Of a stretch of DNA of 64,000 nucleotides, positions 25,964-35,456 are shown one piece after another. The notes under the pieces were generated by a model. That model was given only the letters and a program-made list of their open reading frames with translations. It did not search any database and had not been told where the DNA came from. The stretch covers positions 923 through 64,922 of the forward strand of contig JBBSEI010000013.1 of assembly GCA_038239865.1 (NCBI GenBank). The letters are read 5' to 3'. This DNA comes from Chthoniobacterales bacterium (GTDB lineage Bacteria > Verrucomicrobiota > Verrucomicrobiia > Chthoniobacterales > Chthoniobacteraceae). A program made the translations under genes and the position numbers. How positions within the stretch are numbered: the stretch's first letter is position 1; the number at the start of each line of letters is the position of its first letter.

Positions 25964-28648
25964 TCACTCCTCCAATCGGCCGACGGTGTTCAGGCACCGC
26001 GTGACGAGTGCCGTCCAGCCGGTCTGATGGCTCGCGCCGAGTCCGCGGCCCGTGTCGCCGTCGAAGTATTCGTGGAACCACACGAGGTCGCGCCAATGCG
26101 GGTCGGTGGCGAGGCGTCCGGAAAGGGCGTCGTCGCCGTGGCAGGGGCGGCGTCCGTTTTCACCGGGGAGAAAAAGTTGCGTGAGGCGGCCCGCGAGTTC
26201 GGCGGAGATTTGCGTGAGGTTCAGCATTTTTCCCGAGCCGAGCGGGAACTCCAACTGCACGGTGTCGCCGTAGAAATGGTCGTAGCGTTCGAGGGCTTCG
26301 AGCAGGAGATAGTTCAGCGGGAACCACACTGGTCCGCGCCAGTTTGAGTTGCCGCCCCACATGCCGTCGGTGCTTTCGCCGGGCGTGTATTGGATGCAAA
26401 TGTGGCCGCCTTCCGCGAGGTAGCAAAACTCGGCGTCGCGGTGCGCGCGGGACAGCGAGCGGATGCCGTGCGGCGAGAGAAATTCCGCATCATCGAGCAG
26501 CCGCCGCAGCACGCGCAGGAGGCGCGGCTTGCTCGGGATCGCGAGCAGCCGCATCTCGTTCCCGTCGGTGCCAGTGCGCTCCATGTAGCTCGCGTGCTGG
26601 GCGATTTCGGGACGGTTATCGAGGAACCACCGCATGCGTTTGCGGAAGCCGGGCAGCGAGCAGATCACATTTTGATCGAGCACCGTCACGGCCAGCAGCG
26701 GCACGAGGCCCACGAGCGATCGGACTTTCAGCGGTGCCGATGCGCCGCCGGCCTGCCGGATGTGGTCGTAGTAAAATCCGTCCTCCTCGTCCCAAAGTCC
26801 GGTGCCATTGAGCGTGTTGATCGCTTCGGCGATCTCGACGAAGTGCTCAAAAAATTTGCTCGCGATGTCCTCGTAGGCGGGTCGCGTCTTCGCGAGTTCC
26901 AGCGCCATCGAGAGCATGGTCGTGCAGTAAAATGCCATCCACGCCGTGCCGTCCGCCTGCTCGAGGGTGCTGCCATTTGGCAGTGGCTTCGAGCGGTCGA
27001 AGAGCCCGATATTGTCCATGCCGAGAAAGCCGCCGCCGAAGACGTGCCGGCCCTCCGCGTCCTTGCGGTTCACCCACCAGGTGAAATTGAGCAGCAGCTT
27101 TTGAAAGCAGCGCTCGAGAAAGAACGTGTCGCGCCGTCCGCGCTCGCCGGTGATTTTGTACACGCGCCAGCAGGCCCAGGCGTGGACGGGCGGATTCACG
27201 TCGGAGAAATTCCACTCATACGCGGGCAGTGCGCCGTCGGGCCGCATGTACCATTCTCGGAGCAGCAGCAGGAGCTGGCCCTTCGCAAAATACGGATCCA
27301 CGCGGCACATCGGGATCATGTGAAAGGCGAGGTCCCACGCGGCGTACCACGGGTATTCCCACTTGTCCGGCATGGAGATGAGGTCGGCGTTGTAGAGGTG
27401 CGGCCAGTCGGCGTTGCGCGTCTGCGCGTGGTGCGCGGGCGGGCGCGGCTGCGTCGGATCGCCGGCGAGCCAGCGGCGCACATCATAGTGGTAAAATTGC
27501 TTCGACCACAGCAGCCCCGCGTACGACTGGCGCAGGACATTTCGCTCCTCGTCGCCGAGGCGCGGCGCGGATTTCGTCGCGTAGAAAAGTCCCGCCTCCT
27601 CGCGCCGCGCGGCGAAGACCGCGTCGAAATCCGCGAACGCCGCCGCCGGCAAATCGAGCGCTGTGCCGAGGCGAAAGCGCAGCACTTTTCGTTCTCCTGC
27701 CGGCAGATCGACGACGCAGTGCGCGGCGCACTTCGTGCCGGTCTGCGCGGGATTCACGACAGCGGGCGTGCCGGCGATCACGTGATCATGAAAGGCGTCC
27801 TTCACAAACGGCTGCACATTCGGCGTGCCGAAAACGCGTGCCGTGTTCGTTTCATTCTCGGTGAAAATCACAGGCGCGTCTTCCTCGATCACCCAGCGGA
27901 AATTGCCGAGCGCAGCGTGCGCGGCCTCGACGCAATGCGGCCCGGTCTGCCGCAGCACGGGACGCTCGCTCCCGACGGACCAGCTCCACGTATTGCGAAA
28001 CCACAGCGTCGGCAGCACGTGCAGGCGAGCCGCGTTCGGCCCGCGATTCTCGATCGTGATGCGGATCAAAATGTCCTCCGGCGCGGCCTTCGCGTACTCG
28101 GCCGTGATGTCGAAATAGCGGTCGCCGTCGAACACGCCCGTGTCCGCCAACTCGTACTCGCGTTCGGTCGGCGCGCGGCGCGCATTCACCTCGCGCAATT
28201 TCGCGTACGGGAATTCCGCCTGCGGATATTTGTAGAGCGCACGCAGGTAGGACGAGGTCGGCGTCGCGTCGAGATACCAGTAGCACTCCTTCACGTCCTC
28301 GCCGTGCGGCCCCTCGCCATTCGCGAGGCCGAAGAGGCGTTCCTTTAAAATCGGATCGCGCCCATTCCACAGCGCCAGCGCGAAGCACAGCCGCGCCTGC
28401 CGGTCGCAGATGCCCATGAGCCCATCCTCGCCCCAGCGGTACGCACGCGAGCGCGCGTGCTCGAACGGAAAATAGCGCCACGCATTTCCATCGTCCGAAT
28501 AATCCTCGCGGACCGTGCCCCACTGCCGCTCGCTGAGATACGGGCCCCAGCGTTTCCAGTTCCCCTCGCGGTGCGCCTCCTCCTCGATCCGCCGGTGCTC
28601 GGGAGTCAGCGCGGACTGCGGATCGGCACCGTGATCGTCGGAAATCAT
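25964..28648 (-). CDS. GH63-like (MGH1-like) glucosidase family protein
   Basis: Starts at MISDDHGADP. The N-terminal block WKRWGPYLSERQWGTVREDYS..GNAWRYFPFEHARSRAYRWGEDG and the later (alpha/alpha)6-type blocks match my memory of bacterial proteins annotated as glucosidase. Confidence 0.7.
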   Translation of the reverse strand: MISDDHGADPQSALTPEHRRIEEEAHREGNWKRWGPYLSERQWGTVREDYSDDGNAWRYFPFEHARSRAYRWGEDGLMGICDRQARLCFALALWNGRDPILKERLFGLANGEGPHGEDVKECYWYLDATPTSSYLRALYKYPQAEFPYAKLREVNARRAPTEREYELADTGVFDGDRYFDITAEYAKAAPEDILIRITIENRGPNAARLHVLPTLWFRNTWSWSVGSERPVLRQTGPHCVEAAHAALGNFRWVIEEDAPVIFTENETNTARVFGTPNVQPFVKDAFHDHVIAGTPAVVNPAQTGTKCAAHCVVDLPAGERKVLRFRLGTALDLPAAAFADFDAVFAARREEAGLFYATKSAPRLGDEERNVLRQSYAGLLWSKQFYHYDVRRWLAGDPTQPRPPAHHAQTRNADWPHLYNADLISMPDKWEYPWYAAWDLAFHMIPMCRVDPYFAKGQLLLLLREWYMRPDGALPAYEWNFSDVNPPVHAWACWRVYKITGERGRRDTFFLERCFQKLLLNFTWWVNRKDAEGRHVFGGGFLGMDNIGLFDRSKPLPNGSTLEQADGTAWMAFYCTTMLSMALELAKTRPAYEDIASKFFEHFVEIAEAINTLNGTGLWDEEDGFYYDHIRQAGGASAPLKVRSLVGLVPLLAVTVLDQNVICSLPGFRKRMRWFLDNRPEIAQHASYMERTGTDGNEMRLLAIPSKPRLLRVLRRLLDDAEFLSPHGIRSLSRAHRDAEFCYLAEGGHICIQYTPGESTDGMWGGNSNWRGPVWFPLNYLLLEALERYDHFYGDTVQLEFPLGSGKMLNLTQISAELAGRLTQLFLPGENGRRPCHGDDALSGRLATDPHWRDLVWFHEYFDGDTGRGLGASHQTGWTALVTRCLNTVGRLEE

Positions 28649-28727
28649 GCGCGATGCTGTGCGCGAGATGCGTGTAATTTGCGAGCAACTTGTCGCGTCT
28701 GGAACGGTTCCAAGAAATCCATCGCCC

Positions 28728-31478
28728 ATGAAACTGCGCCACCTCCTCCCGCTCTCACTCGCCGCCACCGGCGCGCTCTGGGCCGCCATCGATCAGGAAA
28801 AGAAATCCGCTGAGGTGAAGCCCGCAGAGCCCTCCAGTCAGCCCGCCGCCGAGCCGAAGCCGACGACCGAACAACTCGACTTTTTCGAGAAAAAAATCCG
28901 GCCGGTGCTCGCGGAAAAATGCTACAAGTGCCACTCGGAAAAAGCGGCGAAAGTGAAGGGCGGCCTCGTGCTCGACACGCGCGAGGGCGCGCGGCGCGGC
29001 GGCGACAGCGGCGCGGCGGTCGTGCCGGGAAATCTCGACGACAGCATCCTCATTCAGGCCGTGCGCTACACGGACAAGGACTTCGCGATGCCGCCGGAAA
29101 AGAGCGGCGGCAAGCTGCCCGACGCGGTGATCAAGGATTTCGAGACGTGGGTGAAAATGGGCGCGGCCGATCCGCGCGAGGGGTCGTCCGCGGTGGCGAA
29201 AAAATTCAGCAAGGAGGACGCAAAAAACTGGTGGGCCTTCCAGCCGCCAAAGGCGCAGCCCGTGCCGCAGCCGAAGAACGCCGCGTGGGCGCACGGCGAT
29301 GCGGATCGTTTTCTCCTCGCGGCGCTGGAGGAGAAAAAGCTGAAGCCCGTCGGCGACGTGGAGCCTGCGACGCTGCTGCGGCGGATCTATTTTGATCTCA
29401 CCGGCCTCCCGCCGTCGCCGATCGATGTCGGCCAGTTTTTTGCCGACTGGAAAACGGCGAGCGCGAGCCCGCAGACCGCCTCCGCGCAGCAGCAGGCGGT
29501 GCTCGGCAAGTGGGTGGACAATCTGCTCGCCTCGCCGCAATTCGGAGAGCGGTGGGGCCGGCACTGGCTCGACGTCGCGCGCTATGCGGAGAGCAGCGGC
29601 AAGGATGTGAACATCGCCTTCCCGCACGCGTGGCGGTACCGCGACTACGTCATCGCGGCGTTCAATCACGACAAGCCGTACGATCAATTTTTGCGCGAGC
29701 AACTCGCGGGCGATTTGCTCCCGGCATCGAGCGATGCGCAGAAGGCCGAGCATCTCATCGCGACCGGTTTTCTCGCGATCGGACCGAAGGGTCTGAACGA
29801 ACAAAATCCGCGGCAGTTCTGCCTCGATCTCGCGGACGAGCAGGTGGACACGGTCTCGCAGGCGATGCTCGGGCTCACGATTTCCTGCGCGCGCTGCCAC
29901 GACCACAAATTCGATCCGATCTCGCAGCGCGAGTACTACGGGCTGGCGGGCATTTTTCTGAGCACGGACACGCTCATCGGCACCGCGAGCGGGATCCAAA
30001 ACCGGCACGCGACCGACCTCATCGATCTGCCGTCGGGGACCGCGACGACGGGCAAGACCATCCTGCCCGCCGATCTCGAGAAGATGAAAAAGCGGCTCGA
30101 TGATTTGAAAAAGGAGCAGCGCGAATTTTTTGCCGCGCGCTTCAACGCCGGGAAGGGGCCGGCCACGCCGCCGGAGGGAAACCAACTGCAGCGCTTCCTG
30201 ATCGTGGCCACGCAGGCCGGCGCGCTCGAGGCGCAGATCAAAAGTGTGGATGATTCCGGCCACGCGAAGGCGCTGGCGATGGGCGTGAAGGATCTGCCGA
30301 AGACGGCGCAGAGCGGCCTCGGTCGCATGGGCGAATTTATGCGCCGCGGCCCGCAGGCGCGGCTCGGCCGCCCGCAGGAATTTGCGTCCGTCCGCGACAG
30401 TGCGCTCTACGCGCGCGGCGAGGCGGACAAGCCGACGGACAAAGTGCCGCGGAGCTTCCCCGCGGTGCTCACGCCGGGGGCTGGTGTGGACATTCCCGCG
30501 ACGGAAAGCGGACGCCGGGAACTCGCGGAGTGGATGACTTCGCCGGCGAATCCGCTGACGTCGCGCGTGATCGTGAATCGCATCTGGCACGCGCTTTTCG
30601 GCCGCGGGATCGTGGAGAGCGTGGATAATTTCGGCACGACCGGGAAGCAGCCGACGAATCAGGCGCTGCTCGATTTTCTTGCGGTGAAATTCCAGACGTC
30701 CGCGGACAAGGGCGGCTACGGCTGGAGCGTGAAGAAGCTCGCGCGCGACATCGTGATGAGCCACGCGTACCAGCTTTCTTCGGACTACGAGCCAGGCGCC
30801 TTTGCCGCCGATCCGGAGAACGCGCTGCACTGGCGCATGAGCAAGCGCCGGCTCGATGCGGAGTGCATCCGCGACGCGATGCTCTCGGCGAGTCAGCAGC
30901 TCCAACTTTCCCCGCCGACCGCTTCGCTGATCGCGCAGGCGGGCGAAGGCCCGATCGGCGGGCCGCGTTTCCGCCCCGGAAATGGCGTCACGGAGGATCA
31001 GCTCACGAACAGCGGCGGCACCACGATGGTGCGCAGCGTGTACCTGCCGATCGCGCGCGACGTGCCGCCGGATGCGCTCGCGGTTTTCGATTTCAGCGAC
31101 GCGAGCCTCGTGACGGGCGCGCGCGACTCGACCAATGTGCCCGCCCAGGCGCTCTTCCTTTTGAACAGCGACATGGTCGCCGCCGCTTCGCGCAAGCTCG
31201 CGGATCGCGTGATGACGGCGTATCCCGCCGGCCCCACCGGTGGCGTGAGTGCGAATCTCGATCAGCGGCTGGCGATCGCATTCTGGATCACGCTCGGCCG
31301 CTCGCCGACGCCGAACGAACGCACGGCGGCGTGGAATTTTTTCCAGAAATTCCCGAGCAACTGGAGCAAGGGAGACAAGTCCTCGCCCGGAATGCGCGAC
31401 GCGGAAGACGTGAAGGCCGCGTGGACAAGCTTCTGCCGCGCGCTGTTTGCGACGTCGGATTTCCGCTATCTCAACTAG
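28728..31478 (+). CDS. PSCyt1/DUF1549/DUF1553 domain protein
   Basis: Starts at MKLRHLLPLSLAA (signal peptide). Has the CYKCHS heme-like motif with FFEKKIRPVL, a DUF1549 block (YFDLTGLPPSP, GERWGRHWLDVARYAES), CARCHDHKFDPISQ, and a DUF1553 C-terminus. Confidence 0.9.
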   Translation: MKLRHLLPLSLAATGALWAAIDQEKKSAEVKPAEPSSQPAAEPKPTTEQLDFFEKKIRPVLAEKCYKCHSEKAAKVKGGLVLDTREGARRGGDSGAAVVPGNLDDSILIQAVRYTDKDFAMPPEKSGGKLPDAVIKDFETWVKMGAADPREGSSAVAKKFSKEDAKNWWAFQPPKAQPVPQPKNAAWAHGDADRFLLAALEEKKLKPVGDVEPATLLRRIYFDLTGLPPSPIDVGQFFADWKTASASPQTASAQQQAVLGKWVDNLLASPQFGERWGRHWLDVARYAESSGKDVNIAFPHAWRYRDYVIAAFNHDKPYDQFLREQLAGDLLPASSDAQKAEHLIATGFLAIGPKGLNEQNPRQFCLDLADEQVDTVSQAMLGLTISCARCHDHKFDPISQREYYGLAGIFLSTDTLIGTASGIQNRHATDLIDLPSGTATTGKTILPADLEKMKKRLDDLKKEQREFFAARFNAGKGPATPPEGNQLQRFLIVATQAGALEAQIKSVDDSGHAKALAMGVKDLPKTAQSGLGRMGEFMRRGPQARLGRPQEFASVRDSALYARGEADKPTDKVPRSFPAVLTPGAGVDIPATESGRRELAEWMTSPANPLTSRVIVNRIWHALFGRGIVESVDNFGTTGKQPTNQALLDFLAVKFQTSADKGGYGWSVKKLARDIVMSHAYQLSSDYEPGAFAADPENALHWRMSKRRLDAECIRDAMLSASQQLQLSPPTASLIAQAGEGPIGGPRFRPGNGVTEDQLTNSGGTTMVRSVYLPIARDVPPDALAVFDFSDASLVTGARDSTNVPAQALFLLNSDMVAAASRKLADRVMTAYPAGPTGGVSANLDQRLAIAFWITLGRSPTPNERTAAWNFFQKFPSNWSKGDKSSPGMRDAEDVKAAWTSFCRALFATSDFRYLN

Positions 31479-31510
31479 CGGCGCGCGGCGGAATGGCAAA
31501 AGGCGCGCGG

Positions 31511-32041
31511 CTACTGAAGCTGCAGCCCGCCCGCCGCATCGCGCGACACCGTGCCGCCGTTCGCATCGCCGAGGCGCTTCGCCTTTTTGAACGCCTCGGT
31601 GGCCTTCGCGCTGTTGCCATTTTTTTGGTGAAGAATCGCCAGCTTGCCCCACGCGTCGGTGAAATCCGGATCGAGCTTCACCGTCTGCTCAAATGCCGCG
31701 ATCGCCTCCGCGGTCTGCCCGGCCTGCATGGCAAACGTCCCGCGCGAATACGCCTCCGACACGCCATCGCCCGAACCGTTGCCGCTGGGGATTTTCACGT
31801 CGCCAGAAGGCAGCGGCGGCAGAAACTCAGGCGAGCCCGGACGCGATGCCGCGGTGGCCGCGGTCATGGGAACGGGCGGCGGTGGCTGGGCCGCGGCGAG
31901 GGCGGCGCGCTGGCGATCGGCGAGCAGCGCGCTCGCGGATTTGCCGGGCGCGACGTGCGTAACCTTCACGCTGGAACAAGCAGTGAGATGCAGCGCGGCG
32001 AGCGCGACGGTGAGAGCTGGAAATGTGCGGGCGGTTTTCAT
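31511..32041 (-). CDS. TPR-repeat lipoprotein
   Basis: MKTARTFPALTVALAALHLTAC lipobox. C-terminal TPR-like AEAIAAFEQTVKLDPDFTDAWGKLAILHQKNGNSAKATEAFKKA. Confidence 0.7.
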   Translation of the reverse strand: MKTARTFPALTVALAALHLTACSSVKVTHVAPGKSASALLADRQRAALAAAQPPPPVPMTAATAASRPGSPEFLPPLPSGDVKIPSGNGSGDGVSEAYSRGTFAMQAGQTAEAIAAFEQTVKLDPDFTDAWGKLAILHQKNGNSAKATEAFKKAKRLGDANGGTVSRDAAGGLQLQ

Positions 32042-32141
32042 GGGCGTGAATGGCGTGCATCCTACCTAGCAATCCCCCTGCCAGCAAGGCGCCCTTTCAG
32101 CCCGGCTGGACAGCGCCGCCCGCCGCGTCTCTAGTGCGCGC

Positions 32142-32462
32142 ATGGGTCGGAACCGGATCATCAAAGTGTGCAGCAGCGTCGGCTTCGTGCTGGCGGAGAT
32201 TTACATGGTCTTCGCCGTGCTCGCGCCGTACCGGCCGGGGCCGCCCGGGCGCACGATCATTCCCATCGAGATGATTCCGAAAATCGAGGGCGGCGTGCCC
32301 GGCGCGCCGCCGCCGCCCGGCGCCCTCGCGATGAAGCTCGTGGTCTGCGCGTTTTTCTTCGGGCCGTTCGGCGCGTGCGTGGGCCTCGGCGCGGGCCTCC
32401 TCATCGAGGGCGCGCGGCAAAAGGTCGTCACTTGGCGATCGGCGTCTCGTCTCCCGAAGTGA
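32142..32462 (+). CDS. small hypothetical membrane protein
   Basis: 106 aa with two hydrophobic helices and a Pro/Gly-rich loop. Its 3' end overlaps the convergent coiled-coil gene by 35 nt, which lowers confidence. Confidence 0.4.
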   Translation: MGRNRIIKVCSSVGFVLAEIYMVFAVLAPYRPGPPGRTIIPIEMIPKIEGGVPGAPPPPGALAMKLVVCAFFFGPFGACVGLGAGLLIEGARQKVVTWRSASRLPK

Positions 32463-34575
32463 CTTTCCCGCCGACGCCGAGGCGCATGCGCAATGTGGCG
32501 ACTTCATCGCGCAGCATGTCGCGCCGCGCCTGCAGCACACCCACGTGCTGCTTCGCGCGTTCGAGGGCCGAGGCCAGCGCGTCGCGCTCGGTCTCGAGCG
32601 CTTTTTCGCGGTCTGTCGGCCCAGCGGCGTTCGCCGGCGCAGTCGCATTTGCCGGCGTTTCCTTCGGCTGCGGCTTGCCCTGAGCCTGCGCGCCGGCAGC
32701 TTTTGCGGACGCTGCTTTCAATGCAACCAACTCGCCGGACTGGCGTGAAATCTCCGCGGCGAGCGCCGCTTTTTCCGATTCGATTTTGCCCGCGCGTTCC
32801 GCCGCTTCCGCTGCGGCGCGCGCGGCCTTCTGCGCGCGCTCCTGCGCCGCGAGGTTCTCGATGCGGAGCTTTTCCGCGGCAGCGAGCGCTTCGCGCAATG
32901 CAGTGTCCTTTTCCGCGACGAGCGCGGTCGCGCCCTCGCTGAGCATCGAAACGTGCTGAAACTTTGCCCCCTCGTTTTTCGCCGCCGCCTCCGCGGAGGC
33001 GAGCGACTGTTTGAGCCGGGCGATTTCCTTTTCGCGCGCGTCCGTGCTCGCCTCGAGCTGTGCGCGGCGGGCGAGTGATTCCGCGCCGTCGGCCGCGGCC
33101 TTTGCGAGCGCTGCCTCGAGCCGGCCTTTCTCCGCGGCGGCTGCATTTGCGTCCTCACGGATCCGCGCGAAAACCACTTTGCCGGATTCGATTCCACGCG
33201 TCAGTTTGTCGAGTGCCTCGGACTTTTCCGCAGCGCGAGCCGTCGCCTCATCGCGCTCTTTGCGCAGCACGCTAAGTTGCCCGGCGAGTTCGCCGCGCTC
33301 GTGCTTCAGTGCGGAAAATCCGTGCGAGACCGCGGCGTGGCGTTTTTCCGCATCGGCGAGCTTCGCCTTCAGCGCCTCCGCATGTTCGCGCATCGCCTGG
33401 TCGGATTTCATCGCCTCGGCGAATGCTTCCTCGCTCTTCTTCGCGGCCTCGCTGCGCTCCTTCGCGGTCTGCTCCGCCTGCTCGAGCGCAAGTCTCAGCC
33501 CGGCTTGCGCGCCCGCGAGATTTTCACCGCGCGCATTCGCCGCTTCCGCTTCCGCCTGCAATCGTGCGGCGCGCTTTCCCAAATCCGCGAGCCGTGCGTT
33601 CTGCTCGACGAGCTGCGCCTGCGCGGCGGTGTACTTAGGCTGCAAATCGCCCAGCGCCGTCCGCGACTCCGCCCCGGCGGAATTTGCGGTTTCGATCTGC
33701 GCCTCGTAGCCGCGCGCTTTTTCCGCGGCGGTTTCGCACATGTTGCAAAGATCAGTCTGCGCTTTCGAGAGTTCCTCGCGCAAGGGCACGAGCTGCTCCG
33801 CGAGCGCGATGACCTCCGCGTGCTCGGCTTCGAGTTCGGCAAATTTTTCCGACTGTTCCGCGAGCCGTTCCTCCGCCTGCATGTGGCGCGTTTGCACCGC
33901 CGCGAGTTCCGCGCGCACGCCGGCCTCGATGCCCTTCGCCGCGTCGAGTTGCGCGCGATGCGCCTCGATCGTGATGTCCGCGCTCGATCGCGCATTCGCG
34001 AGATCTTTCCGAACGTCCCCGAGCTGGCTGCGGAGCGCGGCCGCTTCCGCCGAAGTTTTCGCGAGCGCGTCCCGCTCATTGTGCAGCGCGGTGAGCTGCC
34101 CGGTGATTTCGGCGAACTGCTGGTGCGATTCCGCGTGCTTCGTCTGGAGCGCGGTAAAATTCTGGCGCAGCGCGGCGATGGACGCGAGTTCCGCCTGCGC
34201 GGCGGCGAGCTGATCGCTGAGCGGGCGCAGCGATTCCACTTCAGCCTGCAGTGCCGTGCGCGCCGCGAGCAGCGCTGCATTTTCCTGCTGCGCCTTTTGC
34301 GCTGCTGCCGCACTTTCCGCGCGCAGTTGGATGATGTCATCCGTCGCTTTTTCCGCCTGCGCCTCCGCCTTTTGCAGCTCGGTATAAACCGCGTCCGCCG
34401 ATCCGCCGACGATCGCCAGCTTGCGCTTCACGAGCACCTCGACGGGTGCCTCCGCCGAGCGCGGGATCACCAGCCGGCTGTGGCACGTCGGGCAGTCGAT
34501 TTTCACGCCCGCCGCGGATTCGGCGACGGCGATCTTTTGCGTGCATTCTGGGCAGCGGAATTTGATATCGGCCAT
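32428..34575 (-). CDS. zinc-ribbon plus long coiled-coil protein
   Basis: Starts at MADIKFRCPECTQKIAVAESAAGVKIDCPTCHSRL (CxxC...CxxC). This is followed by about 650 aa of Ala/Glu/Gln/Leu/Arg heptad-like sequence. Confidence 0.75.
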   Translation of the reverse strand: MADIKFRCPECTQKIAVAESAAGVKIDCPTCHSRLVIPRSAEAPVEVLVKRKLAIVGGSADAVYTELQKAEAQAEKATDDIIQLRAESAAAAQKAQQENAALLAARTALQAEVESLRPLSDQLAAAQAELASIAALRQNFTALQTKHAESHQQFAEITGQLTALHNERDALAKTSAEAAALRSQLGDVRKDLANARSSADITIEAHRAQLDAAKGIEAGVRAELAAVQTRHMQAEERLAEQSEKFAELEAEHAEVIALAEQLVPLREELSKAQTDLCNMCETAAEKARGYEAQIETANSAGAESRTALGDLQPKYTAAQAQLVEQNARLADLGKRAARLQAEAEAANARGENLAGAQAGLRLALEQAEQTAKERSEAAKKSEEAFAEAMKSDQAMREHAEALKAKLADAEKRHAAVSHGFSALKHERGELAGQLSVLRKERDEATARAAEKSEALDKLTRGIESGKVVFARIREDANAAAAEKGRLEAALAKAAADGAESLARRAQLEASTDAREKEIARLKQSLASAEAAAKNEGAKFQHVSMLSEGATALVAEKDTALREALAAAEKLRIENLAAQERAQKAARAAAEAAERAGKIESEKAALAAEISRQSGELVALKAASAKAAGAQAQGKPQPKETPANATAPANAAGPTDREKALETERDALASALERAKQHVGVLQARRDMLRDEVATLRMRLGVGGKVTSGDETPIAK

Positions 34576-34741
34576 GCGGCGTTTCGGGTGCCGTTCCGGT
34601 GCAGCGCGGCGGCGATCATCGCGACGCAAAATCCGCTCCGGGCGGGCGGCGCACGATACACGGCGGCGCGGGTGCGGAAAGGGGAAACTCGGCGCGGCGG
34701 CCGGGCGCAGGATCGTGCTGGCGCTTTGCGGAAAGCTGCGC

Positions 34742-35386
34742 ATGGTGCGCGCCCTTGTGAGCCAAAAAACCAACACCGCACCGTTCCCCCTGGAGCTTCC
34801 GGAAGGCGATTTTGCCGCGTTCATTTTCGACTGCGATGGCACGCTCGCCGACACGATGCCCACGCACTACCGCGCCTGGCAGGCGGCCCTCGGCGCGCGC
34901 GTCGCGAATTTCCCCGAGGCGATGTTTTACGAACTCGGCGGCGTGCCGACCTCCCGCATCGTGGAAATCCTGAACGAGCGCCACGGCTACGCGATGCCCG
35001 TCGAGGAAACCGTCGCGACAAAAGAGCGGCTCTTCCTCGAATACAGCAGTGAAATCGCGGCCATCGAGCCGGTCGTCACGATCGCGCGCGAATGGCATGG
35101 GCGCAAACCGATGGCGGTCGCGAGCGGCGGCCACCGGCGCATCGTCATGAGCACGCTGCGCGCGCTCGGCATCGCGGAACTCTTCGATGCGATCGTGACG
35201 AGCGAGGATTATCTGCGCGGAAAGCCGCACCCGGATCCTTTTCTGGAAGCCGCACGCCGGCTGAACGTGGTGCCCGAGCGCTGCCTCGTCTTTGAGGACA
35301 CGAGCACCGGGCTGCAGGCCGCGAAGGCCGCCGGCATGGCGTGCGTGCTCGTGCCGCCGCCGCCGCGGATCCCGCACGCGGGCTGA
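34742..35386 (+). CDS. HAD-superfamily hydrolase (beta-phosphoglucomutase-like subfamily IA)
   Basis: Starts at MVRALVSQ. Motif I FIFDCDGTLADT, motif II ASGG, and GKPHPDPF...FEDTSTGLQAAKAAGM. Confidence 0.85.
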   Translation: MVRALVSQKTNTAPFPLELPEGDFAAFIFDCDGTLADTMPTHYRAWQAALGARVANFPEAMFYELGGVPTSRIVEILNERHGYAMPVEETVATKERLFLEYSSEIAAIEPVVTIAREWHGRKPMAVASGGHRRIVMSTLRALGIAELFDAIVTSEDYLRGKPHPDPFLEAARRLNVVPERCLVFEDTSTGLQAAKAAGMACVLVPPPPRIPHAG

Positions 35387-35456
35387 ACGCGGGCTGAACG
35401 CGGGCTGACGCCGAATTCGGGTTGCGCATCCGTGCGCGACCGGTGGAAATTGCCGC

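Noticed and set aside
26390-28348. 652-aa ORF on the plus strand
   Set aside because: It is antisense to the GH63-like gene. Arg/Ala/His-rich.
28755-31652. 965-aa ORF on the minus strand
   Set aside because: It is antisense to the PSCyt/DUF1549/DUF1553 gene, which has unmistakable family blocks on the plus strand.
33277-35052. 591-aa ORF on the plus strand
   Set aside because: It is antisense to the coiled-coil gene. Low-complexity Arg/Leu/Phe content is produced by the complement of Ala/Glu/Gln codons.
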